A stretch of DNA of 64,000 nucleotides, from NCBI GenBank assembly GCA_016930375.1, contig JAFGGU010000011.1, positions 1,397 to 65,396 on the forward strand, in the 5' to 3' direction. The stretch comes from Bacteroidales bacterium (GTDB lineage: Bacteria; Bacteroidota; Bacteroidia; Bacteroidales; UBA10428). Under the pieces are notes generated by a model. That model worked only from the letters and a program-made list of their open reading frames with translations. It was not told the origin of the DNA and searched no databases. Made by a program: the position numbers and the translations under genes. Positions 57,074 through 64,000 of this stretch are shown here, in pieces (position 1 is the stretch's first letter; the number at the start of each line of letters is the position of its first letter).

Positions 57074-58339
57074 TTAATAAAATATATATATACCGCTGCC
57101 ACTGCTGCTTCCAAAGCGAGGATTTACCACATTGTTGTATATGGATCCGAAAGTATAAGTAAGCCCAAAACTTGTATAATACTCATATTGGGTCTCCAAT
57201 TCCTTTCTTTGCAGAAGTATTTCTTCGGTTGTTGCGCCTCCCTTAACCAAACCCAGTTGATTATGTAAAAATGAGATGCCACAGGATAAGTTGACAGACA
57301 ATCCCTTGGCTATCCGCAGACTCATGTAACCATCCAATGAGACACTGTTTTTGGAAAAGTCATGAAGATAGTTTTCATATTCCAGGTTTATATCAATGGA
57401 TCCCCATTTTTGAACAACTTCATAAGCAGCAGAAAATGAATGAAGCCATAAATTATCCCCTGTCTTGTTATAAATTGTGGTATCCAGATACTGAACATGA
57501 TTGAAACCGGCTTTGTAGAGCAACCGAAACTGTCTCCGGGTGGATTCTGAATAGGGGAACAGGTCATATTCAATTCCCGGCATAGTCCTTAATGAGATTT
57601 CCAGATTACTGTAGCTCGAAGAACCCAGGTAGAGTGATCCGCCATAAGACCAGTGATCAGAGATGCTTTTAACAACCAAAGCATTAAATGATTTGGAATT
57701 GTTGTCGCTTGACACAGTTTCATCACCGATTTCAAACTTGTCATTGCTGTAGCTGTAATTCACATTCAGGTTGACTTTTAAATCCTCAGTAATCCTGTTG
57801 GCCGAAGCACTCATATATAAGTATTTTGATTTATAGGACTTCTGACCGCTGAAATATCCGCTTAGTGATGTCTTGAAAACCCAGCTGTTCCACTTATCGG
57901 TTGACACGGTCTCGGATAACGGCTCAGTGAAAGTAATCTTAATGTACTTTGAAAGTGGGGTTTTGGCAACATACCGCATAAGAGCCATTTTAAGGACTTC
58001 AACCTCTTTGGTCCTTATTCCTTCGGTGGTTTCATCAGGCGGGGCAACAAAGGAAACCGTGTCCTTCATACCGGCATACTCGTGCTGTCCGACCAGGAAG
58101 TAGGTATATTCCCAGCCTCCTGAACCTGCTCTCTGGTAGGTTGATATAATGTATACCCCGGCATCCTTAAGATCCCTGACATAGTTGATATACGGGATCT
58201 CTTTTCGGATATAATCGCTGGCATCCATGTACACGTTAAGAGCATCCTTTCGGAGGGTATCAGAAACAGATGTGGAATCCTGGGAAAATACCGTTAAAAA
58301 TGAAGCACAAAGCAGTAAGGTCAGAAAAACAAATTTCAT
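57074..58339 (-). CDS. Hypothetical outer-membrane protein (N-terminal alpha/beta domain plus beta-barrel)
   Basis: Signal peptide; YINYVRD, DKWNSWVF, amphipathic beta strands, YTFGSIYNNVVNPRFG. Confidence 0.72.
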   Translation of the reverse strand: MKFVFLTLLLCASFLTVFSQDSTSVSDTLRKDALNVYMDASDYIRKEIPYINYVRDLKDAGVYIISTYQRAGSGGWEYTYFLVGQHEYAGMKDTVSFVAPPDETTEGIRTKEVEVLKMALMRYVAKTPLSKYIKITFTEPLSETVSTDKWNSWVFKTSLSGYFSGQKSYKSKYLYMSASANRITEDLKVNLNVNYSYSNDKFEIGDETVSSDNNSKSFNALVVKSISDHWSYGGSLYLGSSSYSNLEISLRTMPGIEYDLFPYSESTRRQFRLLYKAGFNHVQYLDTTIYNKTGDNLWLHSFSAAYEVVQKWGSIDINLEYENYLHDFSKNSVSLDGYMSLRIAKGLSVNLSCGISFLHNQLGLVKGGATTEEILLQRKELETQYEYYTSFGLTYTFGSIYNNVVNPRFGSSSGSGIYIFY

Positions 58340-58478
58340 AAGGCTGTCAGGATTAAAGGATTTTTCACAAAACGTATAATTACAGCCAATATATAAATTA
58401 TTGACGACTTAATTCAATTTTAGGACAAACTCTTATGCCTTCCCTTCAAGTCGTTATAATTAGGAAGTCGAATGAACA

Positions 58479-59168
58479 TCAATCAAATTGCAGTCCGCCG
58501 AGATTTTTAAAAAACACGGATGAGGCAATCGAAATGGTAAGCAAAGCTCCGCCAACACCGATGTTGATGAAGAAAAAGGTCATGATGTCAATTTTAAACA
58601 TGTACCCGATTCCAGCCATCAGGCATGAAATTGCATTTCCCATAAAGGCATACCTGATCACAAGTTGTATTCTGTCACCACTAAAGGCCGGAGCCATAAA
58701 CGCGGATGAAACGCCGAGAAACAGGGTCCAGGCAAGCATATCAATGGATGTGGATAAGGAATAGGGATTTGCCTGCACGAAATGCTCCAATCCTTCAGTA
58801 GCGCCCCGGATGATATTCATTCGCACCATACTTAACTGAATGAAATAATGAAGGCTTGACAGGATGGCAAATGCAAGGCTGAAGAAAATGCCCAGTCTTA
58901 CCAGGACCTTTTTCCCGGGAGGAACGAGCTCATAAAAACTGTTTATAAAAACAACAAACAAAGGCCCGAACATCAGCATGAGAAATCTGGCCAGGTGCTG
59001 AAAGAACTGGTTGTTGTTCTTAATATACTGGAGATAATCCGCATAATTGATCCAGTAAAACTGCGGAGATGTGAGGGAAATTAGTATATAGCTTAATAAC
59101 CAGATAATAAAGATAAAGGCAATCGATAAAGAAGCCCAGTATCCGATTTTACAGGACAGCTTGTTCAT
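58479..59168 (-). CDS. Hypothetical polytopic membrane protein
   Basis: About 6 hydrophobic helices; co-oriented with neighbours; no motif recognised. Confidence 0.7.
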   Translation of the reverse strand: MNKLSCKIGYWASLSIAFIFIIWLLSYILISLTSPQFYWINYADYLQYIKNNNQFFQHLARFLMLMFGPLFVVFINSFYELVPPGKKVLVRLGIFFSLAFAILSSLHYFIQLSMVRMNIIRGATEGLEHFVQANPYSLSTSIDMLAWTLFLGVSSAFMAPAFSGDRIQLVIRYAFMGNAISCLMAGIGYMFKIDIMTFFFINIGVGGALLTISIASSVFFKNLGGLQFD

Positions 59169-59203
59169 ACTGACAAATATAGAATATCTTGCAGAAAACC
59201 CGG

Positions 59204-60343
59204 TTAATTATTTTCTGTGTTCCTTACATTAATCCTGACGATTTCGGATCTGGTTCCCAGCCTGATGGGAGCCCCCCACAATCCCAGGCCTGATGATACA
59301 TAAGAGTGCGTATTGCCCGATCGCCTGTATCCGTATCCCTGCTCGTAGATTAAGGATACGAATTTATTAAAGGGGAAGATCTGTCCGTCATGGGTATGCC
59401 CCGACAGGTGAAAATCAATCTGGTTATCAATGGATTCCTTAATACTCAGGGGCTGGTGATCAAGTACGATCTTCGGCAGATCCGATTGCATTCCGTCTAA
59501 AATGGCATGCAAAGGCTTACGGTTCTTATTTGTTAAATCATCCCGGCCGATGAGTACCAACCGGTTACCAACAGTTATCGCCGTGTCACGTAATACCTGA
59601 ATGCCTGACCTTTTCATAAAATCCAGCGCCTGGTCGATCCCTGCATAGTAATCATGGTTCCCCGGCACCGCATATACGCCATAGGTGGCTTTCAGTTTGC
59701 GAAGCTCCTTATCCATTTCCTGGGTTAATACAGCCCGGTAGCTGTGATCAATAATATCACCGACCAGCAGGATGAGATCAGGTTTCTGTTCATTGATGAG
59801 CTCCACCCATTTAACCAGCCTTCCTTTTCTGACAACGTTACCCAAATGAATATCGCTGGCTGCTATCAGGACAAGATCCCCGGACTGTCCTGAATTCTTT
59901 CCGGATCCGAGATTCAAATGAACCACGCTGGGATTGGAAAAACGGGCAAATCCAATGAGCGACAGAGCAGTTAATGCTGCCAGCACCATACCAAAATAGA
60001 TCAGCTTGGCTAATGCATAGTGGGTAACCACCCATTCCGGAAAAATATTGAAGTAATGATGGGCCAGTCGAAGCATATCCCCCAGCAAAGCGGCCGTCAG
60101 CATGAAAATGAAAAGGATCATAAAATAACCGCCGGCTTGCTCAAAAACCATTGTCAGCCATGCCGGCAATCTGTTTCCAAGAAAGATGGCCAGAAAAACA
60201 GAAAGGGAGGCAACCAGGAAAATAAAAGCATACATCATGTGAACCCAGAACCTGTCAGGGAGTGCTTGCCAGCCACGAATGAACAGGTAACTGTTCAGCG
60301 CGATAAAAACGGAAAGAATGATGAGAAAACGAAAGAGATTCAT
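59204..60343 (-). CDS. Membrane-anchored calcineurin-like metallophosphoesterase (YkuE-like)
   Basis: N-terminal TM helices; SDIH, GDIID, GNHD, LDHQP, SGHTHDGQ, SSGLG.WG.P.R.G. Confidence 0.92.
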   Translation of the reverse strand: MNLFRFLIILSVFIALNSYLFIRGWQALPDRFWVHMMYAFIFLVASLSVFLAIFLGNRLPAWLTMVFEQAGGYFMILFIFMLTAALLGDMLRLAHHYFNIFPEWVVTHYALAKLIYFGMVLAALTALSLIGFARFSNPSVVHLNLGSGKNSGQSGDLVLIAASDIHLGNVVRKGRLVKWVELINEQKPDLILLVGDIIDHSYRAVLTQEMDKELRKLKATYGVYAVPGNHDYYAGIDQALDFMKRSGIQVLRDTAITVGNRLVLIGRDDLTNKNRKPLHAILDGMQSDLPKIVLDHQPLSIKESIDNQIDFHLSGHTHDGQIFPFNKFVSLIYEQGYGYRRSGNTHSYVSSGLGLWGAPIRLGTRSEIVRINVRNTENN

Positions 60344-60348
60344 GGGAG

Positions 60349-60388
60349 GTGATTAGGTGATTAAGTGATTAGGTGATTAAGTAATGAA
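60349..60388. repeat. 8-bp tandem array (GTGATTAR, alternating G/A)
   Basis: gtgattag gtgattaa gtgattag gtgattaa gtaatgaa, ending 5 bp before the metallophosphoesterase start codon. Confidence 0.92.
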
Positions 60389-60398
60389 ATAGTCATGA

Positions 60399-61058
60399 TT
60401 ATTGCTTTTTCTCAGAAATGATGGGGGCTTTTCTGATATATTCGGCGTTTTCGAGACAATCAACCATGAATTTGGCTACTGCTTTTCTGCTGATGAATGA
60501 TGTATGCTTATCGCTTTTGGCTATGGCCAATCCCTTTACTTCATCCTTATCGGTCAACCCAACCGGGCGTACAATGGTCCAGTCGAGATCCGAGTCCTTC
60601 AACACCTTTTCCTGACCGTCATGATCGGCATAAACATACTTCAGGCCTGTTAACCTGATCAATCCTTTCATGAGCAAAGGCATTCCTGCAAATGAATCTC
60701 CGGCTCCGGCTCCGGTTTGTACAATGATGCGCCGGATACCCATTTCATGCATCACCGTTACAGTATTTTGAATGCTGTCTGTCATCAGCGTCGGGGAATT
60801 TATGGGTTTTGCCCAGAGGCTCTCCGATTTCCGGGGATTGTTCAATGAACTTAAAACGGCATCACATCCTGCGGCAGCCTTTCTCACATCGTTAATGCTG
60901 ACAGGAGTACCCTGTATCAGTTGGAGGTTGTCTGATTTTAGAATGATTTTCGAGGGATCCCGGACCAGCGCCCTGATAAGATATCCCTTTGACAGGGCAT
61001 AATTCAAAACCTGCATGCCGGTTCTTCCGGTGGCACCCAATAATAATATAGTTTTCAT
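60399..61058 (-). CDS. NAD(P)H-binding atypical SDR (flavin/biliverdin-IXbeta reductase-like)
   Basis: GATGRTG, ALVRDP, LDWTIVRP..L, ISR..VA.F. Confidence 0.88.
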   Translation of the reverse strand: MKTILLLGATGRTGMQVLNYALSKGYLIRALVRDPSKIILKSDNLQLIQGTPVSINDVRKAAAGCDAVLSSLNNPRKSESLWAKPINSPTLMTDSIQNTVTVMHEMGIRRIIVQTGAGAGDSFAGMPLLMKGLIRLTGLKYVYADHDGQEKVLKDSDLDWTIVRPVGLTDKDEVKGLAIAKSDKHTSFISRKAVAKFMVDCLENAEYIRKAPIISEKKQ

Positions 61059-61112
61059 TGTATTTTATATTCAGATAGTAACAACAAAGATAATGAAAGG
61101 TTGTTGCTGCTG

Positions 61113-62684
61113 CTATCTCTCCATTTCTCCGGCAATCACCGGCTGCGCCTCGCCAAATGCCATACTGGGTTGATACTCCACTGTTATTTTATTCCTGTTG
61201 AACTTACAGATGATTTTTTCCGAGTGGGGACTTTCAATATAGCGCAATATTAGTTCCAGTGTGTTGTCATCTATCCAACTGTAGCAACCTGCGATTTTTT
61301 CAGGCGGAAGTCCGACATTGTGGGCTTTTGCCCCTTTTAATAGATTGGGACCGGTTCTGGTTGTTTCCGCTTCGATCCATTTGCCCGTACCGAAACTTAT
61401 TTTGTAATCCTTGCCTCCCTCCTTCAGGATGATATGGCATGTATCCCCCGTAAAATTGAAATTCAGGGTTTCCATCCCGGTGCCATTGGGCTTTAGCATA
61501 AAAGTTTTTCCTGATATCTCTGATATTAGAGGAGAATCAGCGCTTTTCTCAGGAAGAGGAAGGGCCAGGGATTTCAGTTTTTCCTGCAGGTTTTCTGTCA
61601 TGGCGGAATTTATAGCCGGATTGATATCGCGTATAGCAGGCAGTAAGTATTTCCATACCAGGTTTATCTCATCCTGCATATCGGGTGTTTCTGCCTGGAT
61701 GGCAATCACTGCATCCTGATCGGGCATAACAATGATATACTGTCCATAGGCGCCGTCAGCCCTGAAGGCATTATAACGACAGCGCCAGAACTGATAACAA
61801 TACCCCTGTGCCCATTCGCTGCTGTCCTTCACCGATTGTGGAGCACCCGGTGCATTGTCAATTTTGAAACTGGTGGCCTCTTCAATCCAGGTTGCAGGCA
61901 GGATCTGCTTCCCGTTCCACATTCCTTTCTGCAGGAATAGTTGGCCGAATTTAGCCATATCTTCTGTCTTCACCCTCAGGCCCCATCCTCCCGTGTTGAT
62001 ACCAACCGGATCCACTTCCCAGTCGATCCCCTCAATAGCCAGGGGTTCAAACAACCTGGGTGTTAAGTAGTCAATCACCTTTTCCCCGGTAACTTTTTGT
62101 ACAATGGCGGATAACATGTAAGTTGCCATGGAATTGTAAAGGAACTTGGTACCCGGGTCATTGACAATCGGAGTTGAGAGGAATGCCCTTACCCAGTTGC
62201 TGTCGCTTGTAACAATCCTTGAAGTGGGATCGGGATCCTGACCTGCCGACATCATGAGCAGGTCTTTAACCGTTAGATCAGCAAGGAATGGACTGACGGT
62301 ATCGGGAAGATCTTCCGGAAAAAAAGAAATAACCTTGTCATTTACGGTAAGTAGTTTCTCGCTCACAGCAAAACCCACAGCCGTAGATGTAAAACTCTTG
62401 CTGGTAGAATAGAGCGTATGTTTAAGATCGGGCCCGTAAGGATTCCACCAACCCTCTGCAATTACTTTCCCGTGACGCAGGAACATAAAGCTATGGAATT
62501 CGTTCCGGCTTGCGGCTGCTGCTTCCAGAAAAGCAATTATGCCCTCTGAGGATACACCTTCAGCTTCAGGGATACTGCGCGGAAGGGAGGTTATTGGTTT
62601 AATTTCCGGTGCATTTTTACAGGCACTGAACAGGAAAAGCAGCAGTACAACTGCATACGGGATCTTTCTGAGCGCGATTTTCAT
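61113..62684 (-). CDS. Serine hydrolase, beta-lactamase/class C-like, lipoprotein
   Basis: Lipobox FSAC; SxxK (STSK), LLMMSAG, F.YNS, GYCYQFW, ADGAYGQ. Confidence 0.9.
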   Translation of the reverse strand: MKIALRKIPYAVVLLLFLFSACKNAPEIKPITSLPRSIPEAEGVSSEGIIAFLEAAAASRNEFHSFMFLRHGKVIAEGWWNPYGPDLKHTLYSTSKSFTSTAVGFAVSEKLLTVNDKVISFFPEDLPDTVSPFLADLTVKDLLMMSAGQDPDPTSRIVTSDSNWVRAFLSTPIVNDPGTKFLYNSMATYMLSAIVQKVTGEKVIDYLTPRLFEPLAIEGIDWEVDPVGINTGGWGLRVKTEDMAKFGQLFLQKGMWNGKQILPATWIEEATSFKIDNAPGAPQSVKDSSEWAQGYCYQFWRCRYNAFRADGAYGQYIIVMPDQDAVIAIQAETPDMQDEINLVWKYLLPAIRDINPAINSAMTENLQEKLKSLALPLPEKSADSPLISEISGKTFMLKPNGTGMETLNFNFTGDTCHIILKEGGKDYKISFGTGKWIEAETTRTGPNLLKGAKAHNVGLPPEKIAGCYSWIDDNTLELILRYIESPHSEKIICKFNRNKITVEYQPSMAFGEAQPVIAGEMER

Positions 62685-62745
62685 ACTATCAGGATTGTTT
62701 TTTATATATGGAGAAATTCTTCAATAAAGATAATTAATATATCTA

Positions 62746-62878
62746 CACCGTTCACCGTTCACCGTTCACTGTTTACTGTTTACTTTTTACTGTTTACTGC
62801 TACTGCTACTGCTACTGCCGCTGCTACTGCCACTGCTACTGCCACTGCTACTGCCACTGCCACTTCCACTGCTACTGC
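62746..62878. repeat. Compound tandem array: 7 heptamers (YACYGTT) merging into 14 hexamers (YACTGC)
   Basis: caccgtt x3, cactgtt, tactgtt, tactttt, tactgtt, then tactgc/cactgc units; ends 2 bp from the larA-like stop. Confidence 0.97.
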
Positions 62879-62880
62879 TT

Positions 62881-64000
62881 CTACCTCACCAGCATACTCG
62901 CGTTCCTTATCACTGCAACACTGCCCTTCTCATTATCAATGAACCGCTGTACATCGTCTTTTGTAATCTTGTTAACGCCCAATGTTTTACAGGTTGCAAA
63001 ATCTAGCGAGGTTAGCATGTGAATTCGGATACGCTGTGTTTTCAGCATCATGGACAATGCCGTGCCGCCATTTCCTTCGTATTTCTTCTCGAGCATATCG
63101 TAGGCCGCTTCAAAACCCCCTGCTTCAAGATATTTCATAAAATAATCCGAAGCGATTTTATCGATGCATTCCGACAGGATTACCAGTTGACCTCCATCCC
63201 TGACAAACGCTGCAGCATGATGTATGGATTTATGCGCCTGAATGAAATTAATGTCTTTCGGATAGCCTCCGCTTGAAGCAATCACCAGATCATAGAACTC
63301 CCCGGAATCCTGCCTGTAATAGCTGTCATGTATTTTGCAGGCGGCTACAAAATCATCATAACTGTTCCCGATGATCAACCGGCATACTTTACCCGATGCA
63401 TTCAGGATACCATGAACTGAGATCCTGGGGGGAAGCCAGGTGTCGATTTCCTTCAGGTCTTCCGCAACCGGATTCCCCTCCAAATTGCCGGGCTGGCATC
63501 CGGAAGACAGCGAACGGTTCGACCTGTCAAGGAAAAGTCCGTGATTGTGATAAATGGCATCCCGTGATCCCAGTCCAGGAAAGAGCAGTTTTCTTCCCCC
63601 TCCGTAACCCGCGAAATAATGGTGCGAAATGCTGCCAAAAGTGATCAGCAGTGTGCTGCTGAGCAAATCCTTCCTGGCCGTCACAGGGGTACCCCGACTG
63701 GAAGTTCCAAGTACCTGAAAGGCCTTGTCATCCTTACAATCATGATGAACAAAGCGGAAATATTTATAAATATCTCCATAGCTGCTGATACTTTCCTCTT
63801 CGGTTTGCCGGGGATGTGTACCATAGGCGATATAAAAACAAATGTTTTCCCGGGCGGCACCCTGCTGAAATAATGCATCTGTTATCCAGGGCAGGAATTC
63901 CGGGTATCCGCATAAACGCGTTTTATCTGACACCACGACAGCTACGCGCTGGTATTTCGCGGCATCACCTGGCAGGTAATGAAGCAAATCATTTATAAAA
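62881..64000 (-). CDS. larA: LarA-family (nickel-pincer) racemase/epimerase, 5' end outside window
   Basis: SDKTR, AYGTHP, HHYFAGYGGGRK, SSGGYPKDINFIQAHK; the frame stays open to the window edge. Confidence 0.85.
   Translation of the reverse strand, partial: FINDLLHYLPGDAAKYQRVAVVVSDKTRLCGYPEFLPWITDALFQQGAARENICFYIAYGTHPRQTEEESISSYGDIYKYFRFVHHDCKDDKAFQVLGTSSRGTPVTARKDLLSSTLLITFGSISHHYFAGYGGGRKLLFPGLGSRDAIYHNHGLFLDRSNRSLSSGCQPGNLEGNPVAEDLKEIDTWLPPRISVHGILNASGKVCRLIIGNSYDDFVAACKIHDSYYRQDSGEFYDLVIASSGGYPKDINFIQAHKSIHHAAAFVRDGGQLVILSECIDKIASDYFMKYLEAGGFEAAYDMLEKKYEGNGGTALSMMLKTQRIRIHMLTSLDFATCKTLGVNKITKDDVQRFIDNEKGSVAVIRNASMLVR

Noticed and set aside
61113-62684. Antibiotic-resistance beta-lactamase
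   Set aside because: SxxK/YxS serine-hydrolase fold of the esterase/amidase type with a C-terminal extension; no KTG motif seen, so resistance is not supported.

Overview
A 64-kb chromosomal segment from an anaerobic Bacteroidota (Bacteroidales-like) bacterium. This is inferred from TAnnTTTG-type promoters, a beta-propeller hybrid sensor kinase, TonB-dependent receptors, class II RNR and an EF-G2 paralog. The left half is mostly housekeeping: lptB, tatC, recQ, rplU-rpmA, serS, ruvC, greA, a CtpA-type protease, dCMP deaminase, hcp/hcpR, tag, lipA, tRNA-Leu(CAA), nrdJ and fusA2. The right half is accessory: two tandem paralogous TonB-dependent receptors, GH97, GH5, a FakA-FakB (DAK2-DegV) fusion next to DUF1295, a hybrid kinase, a serine hydrolase and a LarA-family enzyme. 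I found no CRISPR array, rRNA, integrase, transposase or prophage. The most unusual signals are non-coding: (1) six intergenic short tandem arrays with 6-, 7-, 8- and 9-bp units, mostly transition-type alternation and a polarity relative to transcription; (2) several REP-like palindrome clusters; (3) 21-bp-phased direct repeats before both receptor paralogs; (4) 10-bp-phased repeats before a membrane-protein/BldC-like HTH gene pair; (5) a terminator in the greA leader. All family assignments come from motif recognition by eye; no database searches were run.
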